A DNA stretch of 64,000 bases, taken from NCBI RefSeq assembly GCF_044704955.1, contig NC_091992.1, positions 22,444,001 to 22,508,000 on the forward strand. Direction: 5' to 3'. Source of the DNA: Pristiophorus japonicus. Taxonomy: Eukaryota. Each line of letters starts with the position of its first letter. Position 1 is the first letter of the stretch. The translations under genes were made by a program, and so were the position numbers. This document shows, in pieces, positions 35,494 through 46,800 of this stretch. Under the pieces are notes generated by a model. It had not been told where the DNA came from and did not search any database. It saw only the letters and a list, made by a program, of their open reading frames with translations.

Positions 35494-38227
35494 ATAATTT
35501 ATCTTGTACTATTGCTTGGATCACTAGATCCATGGGACAACACTAATTGAACATTAGTTTTGTCATGTATTCAACTGTCATTGTAATCCATGTATAAACT
35601 GACCTAAGTTGTACACCGTGAGAACACTGACCACTAGGTGGTGAACTTGTGAGAGACACTCCTAACCTGGACTTTCAGGTATAAAAGGGGAAGCTCCACC
35701 CACCTTCATCACTTCAGTGCTGGAATAAAGGTTATTGGTCACAAAGTGACATTCTCTCAAGTATGGGCCGCGTGTGCATTTGTACTGTATAGTCAGGATA
35801 TATCATTGGACAAGCAGCACAGACGAGAGGTACTGTGTTGGTGATGATTGGGACGATTTTATTGAGAGACTACAGCAAAGTTTCGTCAGTAAGGAATGGC
35901 TGGGATAGGATTCGGCCGACAAACGCAGGACTCATCTCCTGACGGTTTGTGGATCCAGGACGTACTCCCTGATGAAGGACCTTCTAGCGCCAGAGAAGCC
36001 GGCGGACAAGACTTTTGAAGAGCTCAGTAAGTTGATCGGGGAACACTTTAAACCGGCAAGCAACATACACATGGCGAGACATTGGTTTTACACGCACCAG
36101 CGGCGAGAAGGGCAATGTGTTCCAGACTTCGTGGCAGACCTCCGGCGACTGGCGAGCCGATGGAAGTTCCCAGATGCATGCAGAGTGGAGATGCTGCAAG
36201 ACTTTTTTTATTGAGGGTATCGGGCACGCTGGGGTTTTCAGGAAACTGATTGGGACCAAAGACTTGACCCTGGAAATGGTGGCTTTGATGGCCCAGACAT
36301 TCATCTCAGGAGAGGAAGAGACCAGAATGATGTTTGACAAAAATCTTGGTTTAAATGCAGCAAATGGACAGGGAGTCAACATTGTTAATGCAGCACACAG
36401 TTCTCCAGGCAGACAAGGGCAATCGGATATGTCCGAGCATGTAGTCGAATCCAAAAAGGGAATTAAACAGAGACAATGGCTAGCTGAACGGCGATTCATG
36501 CCATTGCAAGGGTCAATGCGGCCATCAACACCTGTCAATGGTGCGTTTAAGGACAGTTACAGAGAGAGTCAGAGACGATCGACTGGTAATGGACCTTTTG
36601 TTTTCAACAACGGCTCAAGTTGGAGGTGTGGAGGCAAACACACAGCCAGAGCTTGCAGGTATCAGCAATATACCTGCAGAAATTGCAACATCAGCGGTCA
36701 CTTGGCTAGTACGTGCAGGAAGCCTGCAGCAAGATTGATGTACGAGGAGGACGGGCCCGATGTAAGCCCTACGAGGCCAAATGGACACTGGGGAAAATCG
36801 CTGGAAGCTGAAGTTCAGCAAGTTCATGTGGAGCACATATACAGTTCATCCACCAGGACGCCACCGATAATGATGAAAGTGCTCCTCAATGGCATCCCAG
36901 TATCAATGGAGCTAGATACGGGAGCCAGCCAGTCTCTGATGAGTATCAAACAGTTCGACAAGTTGTGGGTGTCCAAGGCCAGGAGGCTAAAATTATTGCC
37001 GATTGATGCACAGCTACAGACATATACAAAGGAGATCATTCCGGTGCTAGGCAGCGCCACGGAGAACAGGTTGCCACTCTGGATTGTCCCGGGGAATGGT
37101 CCCGCACTGCTGGGGAGGAGTTGGTTTGCTGTCATGAACTGGAATGGGGCGATGTCAATGCAATTTCTTCTGTGGAGCGAATATCATGCTCACAGGTCCT
37201 GGACAAATTTGACTCACTATTTCAACCCGGCATTGGCACTTTCATGGGGACCAAGGTAGTGATTCACATAAACCCGGACGCCAGGCCAGTACACCACAAG
37301 GCCAGAGAGGTGCCATTCGTGATGCGGGAAAAGATAGAACGCGAATTGGACCACCTGCTGAGGGAAGGCATCATTTTGCCAGTCGAAATCAGTGACTTGG
37401 CGAGCCCAATTGTGCCGGTGCTCAAAGCGGATGGGCATGTCCATGTGGTGATTACAAGGCCACCATCAATCGGGTGTCACTCCAAGACCAGTACCCGCTA
37501 CCGAGAGCGGAGGACCTCTTTGCGACGCCATCTGGTGGCAAACCTTTTTCAAAATTGGACCTGACCTCAGCTTACATGACCCAGGAGCTGGCGAGTGAGT
37601 CGAAGAAGCTGACCACCATCACGACATACAAGGGGTTGTTTGAGTACAACAGATGTCCGTTCGGGATTCGCTCGGCCGCCGCAATCTTTCAACGAAACAT
37701 GGAAAGTCTCCTCAAGTCGATTCCAAGGACGGTGGTTTTTCAAGACAACATCCTCATCACGGGTTACGATACTGAAGAACACATCCACAACCTGGAGGAG
37801 GTGCTACGCAGACTGGACCGGGTAGGTCTGCGAGTGAAAAAGGCGAAGTGCGTCTTCCTAGCTCCAGAGATAAAATTCCTGGGGATGAGGGGATCAGACC
37901 TACTGTGTCCAAAATGGAAGCGATCCAGAGAGCACCCAGACCCCGTAACACGACGGAGCTGCATTCATTCCTGGGGCTCTTGAACTATTTTGGTAACTTT
38001 CTTCCCAAATTGAGCACGCTGTTAGAGCCGCTACACGTGTTCCTACGCAAAGGTTGCGAATGGGTCTGGGGGGACAGCCAGGAAAGGGCTTTTGATAGAG
38101 CACGCAATTTGTTATGCTCCAACAATCTGTTAACACTACATGACCCATGTAAGAAACTTGTTTTAACGTGCGATGCGTCATCTTATGGGGTCGGGTGTGT
38201 GTTGCAGCATGTTAATGCCAAGGGTCA

Positions 38228-39300
38228 AGGTTGGCAGACAGGAAGCAAAGAGTTGGAGTAAATGGGTACTTTTCAGAATGGCAGGCAGTGACTAGTGGGG
38301 TAACCGCAAGGTTCTGTGCTGGGGCCCCAGCTGTTTACATTGTACATTAATGATTTAGACGAGGGGATTAAATGTAGTATCTCCAAATTTGCGGATGACA
38401 CTAAGTTGGGTGGCAGTGTGAGCTGCGAGGAGGATGCTATGAGGCTGCAAAGTGACTTGGATAGGTTAGGTGAGTGGGCAAATGCATGGCAGATGAAGTA
38501 TAATGTGGATAAATGTGAGGTTATCCACTTTGGTGGTAAAAACAGACTATTATCTGAATGGTGACAGATTAGGAAAATGGGAGGTGCAACGAGACCTGGG
38601 TGTCATGGTACATCAGTCATTGAAGATTGGCATGCAGGTACAGCAGGCGGTTAAGAAAACAAATGGCATGTTGGCCTTCATAGCGAGGGGATTTGAGTAC
38701 AGGGGCAGGGAGGTGTTACTACAGTTGTACAGGGCCTTGGTGAGGCCACACCTGGAGTATTGTGTACAGTTTTGGTCTCCTAACTTGAGGAAGGACATTC
38801 TTGATATTGAGGGAGTTCACCAGACTGATTCCCGGGATGGTGGGACTGACATATCAAGAAAGACTGGATCAACTGGGCTTGTATTCACTGGAGTTCAGAA
38901 GAATGAGAGGGGATCTCATAGAAACGTTTAAAATTCTGACGGGTTTAGACAGGTTAGATACAGGAAGAATGTTCCAAATGTTGGGGAAGTCCAGAACCGG
39001 GGGTCACAGTCTAAGGATAAGGGGTAAGCCATTTAGGACCAAGATGAGGAGAAACTTCTTGACCCAGAGAGTGGTGAACCTGTGGAATTCTGCACCATAG
39101 AAAGTTGTTGAGGCCAATTCACTAAATATATTCAAAAAGGAGTTAGATGTAGTCCTTACTACTAGGGGGATCAAGGGGTATGGCGAGAAAGCAGGAATGG
39201 GGTACTGAAGTTGCATGTTCAGCCATGAACTCATTGAATTGTGGTGCAGACTTGAAGGGCCGAATGGCCTCCTACTGCACCTATTTTCTATGTTACTATG
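38228..39300 (+). mobile_element. Young CR1 LINE, 5'-truncated, inserted in Gypsy B RNase H
   Basis: RT C-terminal half with frameshifts; CTATGTT tail; Gypsy sequence resumes at tcagttacag. Confidence 0.92.
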
Positions 39301-40266
39301 TCAGTTACAGTTGGTAGCTTATGCCTCCAGAAGTCTGTCCCAGACAGAAAGGGGCTACAGGATGGTAGAAAAGGAAGCGCTTGCATGTGTATATGCAGTA
39401 AAAAAAATGCACCAGTACCTGTTTGGCAGGAAATTTGAGCTGGAGACAGATCACAAACCCTTTACGTCCCTTTTGGCCGACAACAAGGCCATAAATGCAA
39501 ATGCGTCGGCCCGCATACAGAGGTGAGCGCTCACGTTAGCCGCCTATGACTATACAATTTGGCAAAGACCGGGCACTGAAAACTGCGCCGATGCGCTCAG
39601 CAGGCTCCCACTAGCCACTACCAATGGGGCAACCGAGCATGCTGCTGAGATGGTCATGGTTGTTGAAGCTTTCGAAAGCGAAGGCTCACCCGTGACAGCC
39701 CGTCAGATCAAAGTCTGGACTAATAGAGACCCGCTACTGTCTTTAGTCAAGAAATGTGTCCTGAATGGGGACTGGGCAGCCACCTATAGGGCATGCCCTG
39801 AGGAATTTAAACCATTTCACAGGCGCAAGGATGAACTCTCAATTCAAGCCGATTGCCTACTATGGGAGAACCGAGTAGTCATGCCCCAGATGGGCAGAGA
39901 GACGTTCATCCGAGAACTCCACAAGGAGCAGCCGGGCATTGTCATGATGAAGGCAATTGCCAGATCACATGTTTGGTGGCCAGGGATAGATGCAGACCTG
40001 GAACTTTGTGTTCGCAAGTGCAACACGTGTTCCCAGCTGGGCAAGGCGCCCAGGGAAGCCTCGCTTAGCCCCTGGTCCTGGTCCGCCAAGCCATGGTCAC
40101 GCATCCATGTGGACTACGCAGGTCCTTTCATGGGAAAAATGTTTTTGGTTGTAGTAGACGCCTACTCCAAATGGATCGAGCGTGACATTCTCAATTCAAG
40201 CACATCCTCTGCCACGGTAGAAAGGCTACGGGCAATGTTCACCACCCATGATGTACCGGACGTCTT

Positions 40267-43200
40267 AGAAACATAGAAACATAGAAAATAGGTGCAGGAG
40301 TAGGCCATTCGGCCCTTCTAGCCTGCACTGCCATTCAATGAGTTCATGGCTGAACATGCAACTTCAGTACCCCCTTCCTGCTTTCTCGCCATACCCCTTG
40401 ATCCCCCAAGTAGTAAGGACTTCATCTAACTCTCTTTTGAATATATTTAGTGAATTGGCCTCAACAACTTTCTGTGGTAGAGAATTCCACAGGTTCACCA
40501 CTCTCTGGGTGAAGAAGTTTCTCCTCATCTCGGTCCTAAATGGCTTACCCCTTATCCTTAGACTGTGACCCCTGGTTCTGGACTTCCCCAACATTGGGAA
40601 CATTCTTTCTGCATCTAACCTGTCTAAACCCGTCAGAATTTTAAATGTTTCTATGAAGTCCCCTCTCATTCTTCTGAACTCCAGTGAATACAAGCCCAGT
40701 TGATCCAGTCTTTCTTGATATGTCAGTCCCACCATCCCGGGAATCAGTCTGGTGAATCTTCGCTGCACTCCCTCAATACCAAGAATGTCCTTCCTCAAGT
40801 TAGGAGACCAAAACTGTACACAATACTCCAGGTGTGGCCTCACCAAGGCCCTGTACAACTGTAGCAACACATCCCTGCCTCTGTACTCAAATCCCCTCGC
40901 TATGAAGGCCAACATGCCATTTGCTTTCTTAACCGCCTGCTGTACCTGCATGCCAACCTTCAATGACTGATGTACCATGACACCCAGGTCTCGTTGCACC
41001 TCCCATTTTCCTAATCTGTCACCATTCAGATAATAGTCTGTCTCTCTGTTTTTACCACCAAAGTGGATAACCTCACATTTATCCACATTATACTTCATCT
41101 GCCATGCATTTGCCCACTCACCTAACCTATCCAAGTCACTCTGCAGCCTCATAGCATCCTCCTCGCAGCTCACACTGCCACCCAACTTAGTGTCATCCGC
41201 AAATTTGGAGATACTACATTTAATCCCCTCGTCTAAATCATTAATGTACAATGTAAACAGCTGGGGCCCCAGCACAGAACCTTGCGGTACCCCACTAGTC
41301 ACTGCCTGCCATTCTGAAAAGTGCCCATTTACTTCTACTCTTTGCTTCCTGTCTGACAACCAGTTCTCAACCCACGTCAGCACACAACCCCCAATCCCAT
41401 GTGCTTTAACTTTGCACATTAATCTCTTGTGTGGGACCTTGTCGAAAGCCTTCTGAAAGTCCAAATATACCACATCAACTGGTTCTCCCTTGTCCACTTT
41501 ACTGGAAACATCCTTAAAAAATTCCAGAAGATTTGTCAAGCATGATTTCCCTTTCACAAATCCATGCTGACTTGGACCTATCATGTCACCTCTTTCCAAA
41601 TGCGCTGCTATGACATCCTTAATAATTGATTCCATCATTTTACCCACTACTGAGGTCAGGCTGACCGGTCTATAATTCCCTGTTTTCTCTCTCCCTCCTT
41701 TTTTAAAAAGTGGGGTTACATTGGCTACCCTCCACTCGATAGGAACTGATGCAGAGTCAATGGAATGTTGGAAAATGACTGTCAATGCATCCGCTATTTC
41801 CAAGGCCACCTCCTTAAGTACTCTGGGGTGCAATCCATCAGGCCCTGGGGATTTATCGGCCTTCAATCCCATCAATTTCCCGACTAATAAAATTTCCCTC
41901 AGTTCCTCCTCCTTACTAGATCCTCTGACTCCTTTTATATCCGGAAGGTTGTTTGTGTCCTTCTTAGTGAATACCGAACCAAAGTACTTGTTCAATTGGT
42001 CTGCCATTTCTTTGTTCCCCGTTATGACTTCCCCTGATTCTGACTGCAGGGGACCTACGTTTGTCTTTACTAACCTTTTTCTCTTTACATATCTATAGAA
42101 ACTTTTGCAATCCGCCTTAATGTTCCCTGCAAGCTTCTTCTCGTACTCCATTTTCCCTGTCCTAATCAAACCCTTTGTCCTCCTCTGCTGAGTTCTAAAT
42201 TTCTCCCAGTCCCCGGGTTCGCTGCTATTTCTGGCCAATTTGTATGCCACTTCCTTGGCTTTAATACTATCCCTGATTTCCCTTGATAGCCACGGTTGAG
42301 CCACCTTCCCTTTTTTATTTTTACACCAGACAGGAATGTACAATTGTTGTAGTTCATCCATGCGGTCTCTAAATGTCTGCCATTGCCCATCCACAGTCAA
42401 CCCCTTAAGTATCATTCGCCAATCTATCCTAGCCAATTCACGCCTCATACCTTCAAAGTTATCCTTCTTTAAGTTCTGGACCATGGTCTCTGAATTAACT
42501 GTTTCATTCTCCATCCTAATGCAGAATTTCACCATATTATGGTCACTCTTCCCCAAGGGGCCTCGCACAATGAGATTGCTAATTAATCCTCTCTCATTCC
42601 ACAACACCCAGTCTAAGATGGCCTCCCTCCTAGTTGGTTCCTCGACATATTGGTCTAGAAAACCATCCCTTATGCACTCCAGGAAATCCTCCTCCACCGT
42701 ATTGCTTCCAGTTTGGCTAGCCGAATCTATGTGCATATTAAAGTCACCCATTATAACTGCTGCACCTTTATTGCATGCACCCCTAATTTCCTGTTTGATG
42801 CCCTCCCCAACATCACTACTACTGTTTGGAGGTCTGTACACAACTCCCACTAACGTTTTTTGCCCTTTGGTGTTCTGCAGCTCTACCCATATAGATTCCA
42901 CATCATCCAAGCTAATGTCTTTCCTAACTATTGCATTCATCTCCTCTTTGACCAGCAATGCTACCCCACCTCCTTTTCCTTTTATTCTATCCTTCCTGAA
43001 TGTTGAATACCCCTGGATGTTGAGTTCCCAGCCCTGATCATCCTGGAGCCACGTCTCTGTAATCCCGATCACATCATATTTGTTAACATCTATTTGCACA
43101 GTTAATTCATCCACCTTATTGCGGATACTCCTTGCATTAAGACACAAAGCTTTCAGGCTTGTTTTTTTAACACCCTTTGTCCTTTTAGAATTTTGCTGTA

Positions 43201-44361
43201 CAGTGGCCCTTTTTGTTCTTTGCCTTGGGTTTCTCTGCCCTCCACTTTTCCTCATCTCCTTTCTGTCTTTTGCTTTTGCCTCCTTTTTGTTTCCCTCTGT
43301 CTCCCTGCATTGGTTCCCATCCCCCTGCCATATTAGTTTGACTCCTCCCCAAAAGCACTAGCAAACACTCCCCCTAGGACATTGGTTCCGGTCCTGCCCA
43401 GGTGCAGACCGTCCGGTTCCACTCCCCCAGAACTGGTTCCAATGCCCCAGGAATTTGAATCCCTCCCTGCTGCACCACTGCTCAAGCCACGTATTCATCT
43501 GCGCTATCCTGCGATTCCTACTCTGACTAGCACGTGGCACTGGTAGCAATCCCGAGATTACTACTTTTGAGGTCCTACTTTTTAATTTAGCTCCTAGCTC
43601 CTTAAATTCATTTTGTAGGGCTTCATCCCTTTTTTTTAACCTATGTCGTTGGTACAAATGTGCACCACGACAACTGGCTGTTCTCCCTCCCTTTTTAGAA
43701 TGTCCTGCACCCGCTCCGAGACATCCTTGACCCTTGCACCAGGGAGGCAACATACCATCCTGGAGTCTCGGTTGCGGCCGCAGAAACGCCTATCTATTCC
43801 CCTCACAATTGAATCCCCTATCACTATCGCTCTCCCACTCTTTTTCCTGCCCTCCTGTGCAACAGAGCCAGCCACGGTGCCATGAACTTGGCTGCTGCTG
43901 CCCTCCCCTGATGAGTCATCCCCCTCAACAGCACTCAAAGCGGTGTATCTGTTTTGCAGGGGGATGACCACAGGAGACCCCTGCACTACCTTCCTTGCAC
44001 TACTCTTCCTGCTGGTCTTCCATTCCCTATCTGGCTGTGGATCCTTCTCCTGCAGTAAGACCAACTCGCTACACCTGCTACTCACGTCGTTCTCAACATC
44101 GTGGATGCTCCAGAGTGAATCCACCCTCAGCTCCAATTCCGCAACGCGGTCCGTCAGGAGCTGGAGGCAGATACACTTCCCGCAGATGTAGTCGTCAGGG
44201 ACACCGGAAGCGTCCCTGAGTTCCCACATGGTACAGGAGGAGCCTATCACGTGTCCGAGCTCTCCTGCCATGACTTAATCCTTATATACACTTAAATTGG
44301 CAACAACAATGTTAAAATTACTCACTGTTATAGAAGAGAAAAAAGAAAAACTACTCACCAA
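40267..44361 (-). mobile_element. Young CR1 LINE with both ORFs, inserted in Gypsy B integrase
   Basis: TSD TCTT; (CTATGTTT)n tail; ORF1 43333-44271 frameshifted; ORF2 open. Confidence 0.95.
40364..43255 (-). CDS. CR1 ORF2: apurinic-like endonuclease + reverse transcriptase, 963 aa open frame
   Basis: LNARSIRNK, ITETWL, GDFN, SDHN endonuclease motifs; [10 protein letters not shown] and KFADDTKL RT motifs. Confidence 0.9.
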   Translation of the reverse strand: MRKSGGQRNPRQRTKRATVQQNSKRTKGVKKTSLKALCLNARSIRNKVDELTVQIDVNKYDVIGITETWLQDDQGWELNIQGYSTFRKDRIKGKGGGVALLVKEEMNAIVRKDISLDDVESIWVELQNTKGQKTLVGVVYRPPNSSSDVGEGIKQEIRGACNKGAAVIMGDFNMHIDSASQTGSNTVEEDFLECIRDGFLDQYVEEPTRREAILDWVLWNERGLISNLIVRGPLGKSDHNMVKFCIRMENETVNSETMVQNLKKDNFEGMRRELARIDWRMILKGLTVDGQWQTFRDRMDELQQLYIPVWCKNKKGKVAQPWLSREIRDSIKAKEVAYKLARNSSEPGDWEKFRTQQRRTKGLIRTGKMEYEKKLAGNIKADCKSFYRYVKRKRLVKTNVGPLQSESGEVITGNKEMADQLNKYFGSVFTKKDTNNLPDIKGVRGSSKEEELREILLVGKLMGLKADKSPGPDGLHPRVLKEVALEIADALTVIFQHSIDSASVPIEWRVANVTPLFKKGGREKTGNYRPVSLTSVVGKMMESIIKDVIAAHLERGDMIGPSQHGFVKGKSCLTNLLEFFKDVSSKVDKGEPVDVVYLDFQKAFDKVPHKRLMCKVKAHGIGGCVLTWVENWLSDRKQRVEVNGHFSEWQAVTSGVPQGSVLGPQLFTLYINDLDEGIKCSISKFADDTKLGGSVSCEEDAMRLQSDLDRLGEWANAWQMKYNVDKCEVIHFGGKNRETDYYLNGDRLGKWEVQRDLGVMVHQSLKVGMQVQQAVKKANGMLAFIARGFEYRGRDVLLQLYRALVRPHLEYCVQFWSPNLRKDILGIEGVQRRFTRLIPGMVGLTYQERLDQLGLYSLEFRRMRGDFIETFKILTGLDRLDAERMFPMLGKSRTRGHSLRIRGKPFRTEMRRNFFTQRVVNLWNSLPQKVVEANSLNIFKRELDEVLTTWGIKGYGEKAGRGY

Positions 44362-45986
44362 TCTTGGTCAGTGACAATGGCCCGTGCTTTATAAGCATTG
44401 AGTTCCAGGACTTCATCGCAGGAAATGGTATCAACCATGTCAGAACGGCACCGTTCAAGCCGGCCTCAAATGGCCAGGCGGAACGAGCAGTGCAGATAAT
44501 CAAACAGGGGATGCTCAGAATCCAAGGGGGTTCCCTACAAAGCCGCTTATCATGCCTCCTATTGGCCAATAGATCCCGACCACACTCGCTCACAGGGGTT
44601 CCACCCGCAGAGCTGCTAATGAAAAGGACGCTCAAAACCAGGTTATCCCTCATACACCCCACCATGACAGAAATTGTTGAGAGCAGGCGCCAGTTACAAT
44701 GTGACTACCATGACGGGAATGCGACGGCGCGATGTATTGATGGCATTGACCCTGTCTTTGTCCTCAACTACACTGCAGGGCCCAAATGGCTTGCAGGCAC
44801 TGAGATAGCCAAAGAGGGGAATAGGATTCTGGTAGTTAAACTTACCAATGGACAAATCTGCCACAAACACGTGGATCAAACAAAAAGGAGGTTCAGCAAC
44901 CCCATAGAAGAAGCAGAAGAAGAACGCGATGGAGAGTTCACTCCACCACAGGTGACCGAACACCGGAACCAAGTGGAGGAGAGCCCAGTCACTGTGGGCA
45001 GTCCGGACAGGCCTGAGGCACCACAAACAGCAGACAGTCAGGCCAGCGCCCAACAACCGGAGCCCCAACTCAGGGTCTACAAGGGAGTGTAAACCACCAG
45101 AGAGACTTAACCTGTGATCCCAATCAGACTTTGGAGGGGGGAGGTGATGTCATGTATTCAACTGTCATTGTAATCCATGTGTAAACTGCCCTAAGTTGTA
45201 CACCGTGAGAACACTGACCACTAGGTGGTGAACTTGTGGGAGACACTCCTAACCTGGACTTTCAGGTATAAAGGGGAAGCTCCACCCACCTTCATCACTT
45301 CAGTGCTGGAATAAAGGTTACTGGTCACAGAGTGACATTCTCTCAAGTATGGGCCTCGTGTGCATTTGTACTATACAGTCAGGACACATCAAGTTTTGCC
45401 TTTGTTTAGTTTCAATGATTTTCAGTGGAAGACTAACTTCGAGAAATGTTCCATTGGGGTGTCAGTCTGTCATGTTACACCGAGCATTTCTGCTCTGCTA
45501 TCCCATGTTGGCCGCAGCCTCGAATGCACAAAACAATTAATACCTGAACATCACAGAAGTAGTATCACACACTTCTCAAAACACAAGCACTAAATTCAAA
45601 ACACTGACCTGAACTGTGAACACTATAATTGTCCAGAGTTCACAAGGAAGTGAGTATGATGGAGAAAAATCTACCAGCTCCCATTCTTGATCACTAACTT
45701 GTGACTCCTGCTGGAAAGTGTGTATGTGCAGACATAGGGGAGGATTGCACTCGCTGGTAATCTCCCCCCTCCATGATTAAGTAGCCTGCTGACACACCAT
45801 CGAGGCTCACACATAAAGTATGGCCATTTAAGTGAAATACTTGATTATAGCAAGCACCTGTTGAATTATACCCCAATAAATGTTAGTGCCACCAGGAAAG
45901 GAAGGTAAAAATTGGACGGGGATAATTAACAAAAAAAACAAACACATCTTGAGGTTGATTGCATGCAATATTTATGTAGTAAGGGC

Positions 45987-46387
45987 AAAAAAAGACTTGC
46001 ATTTATATAGCATTTTTCATGACCTCGGGGCGTCCCAAAGTGCTTTACAGCTAAGTGTAATCACTATTGTAATATAGGAAATGCGGCAGCCAATTAGGTA
46101 CAGCAAGATCCCACAAGCAGCAATGTGATAATGACCAGATAATTTGTTTTGGTGATGTTGATTGAGGGATAAATATTCGCCAGGACACCAGAGATAACTT
46201 CCCTGCTCATCTTCGAAAGAGTGCCATGGGATCTTTTACGTCTCATCTGAAAGATGGCAGTGTAGCACTCCCTTAGCACTGCACTGGAGTGTCGGCCTAG
46301 ATTTATGTGCTCAAGTCTCTGGAGTGGGACTTGAACCTGCAACCTTCTGACTCAGGCGAGAGTGGTACCCACTGAGCCACGGTTGAC
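45987..46387 (-). mobile_element. tRNA-derived Deu-domain SINE (SacSINE1-like)
   Basis: A box tggctcagtgg, B box ggttcaagtcc, conserved central body, L2-like tail. Confidence 0.8.
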
Positions 46388-46800
46388 ATTGTGATTATTA
46401 TTTGGCCAGTCATTGCCACTAAATAAATGGGACCCTGATATATATCCTGCACATATCATACACGTGATACAATTTAATAATGGCACTTGGAAGCACTTAA
46501 CTCCATGTTGAGAATGCTTTTTTGAGGATTCTTCTGAGTGGTAGAACTATGGGAGCTTAGGTGACTGGCTGTACCACATCGGACAAAGTCAAGAAAAGGC
46601 ATCTCAGCTCAGAGATAAGTGCTATCAAGTGCCATGATAACCTGAGTAGATGGAGCAATGTTCTGACACTACAATTGGCCTTAGTGCTCTGAGTTAGGGT
46701 GTAGAAAAATGGTCAGCATGCCTGTTCCTGAACGCTTACCAACAACTTGAGTGCCTGCCAAAAGTTTGTGCAAGCATGCACTCAGTGTAAAGGCTTAACC

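Larger units (their letters stand above)
35561..45391 (+). mobile_element. Ty3/Gypsy LTR retrotransposon B, decayed, containing two nested CR1 copies
   Basis: LTRs 35561-35805 and 45148-45391 (about 10 substitutions + 1 indel); perfect TSD AGTTT; polypurine tract 45133-45147; gag, protease LDTGA, RT, RNase H and integrase fragments. Confidence 0.95.

Noticed and set aside
46310-46387. tRNA gene (also 4021-4090 and 63270-63335)
   Set aside because: tRNA-derived SINE heads continuous with the SINE body; no complete cloverleaf
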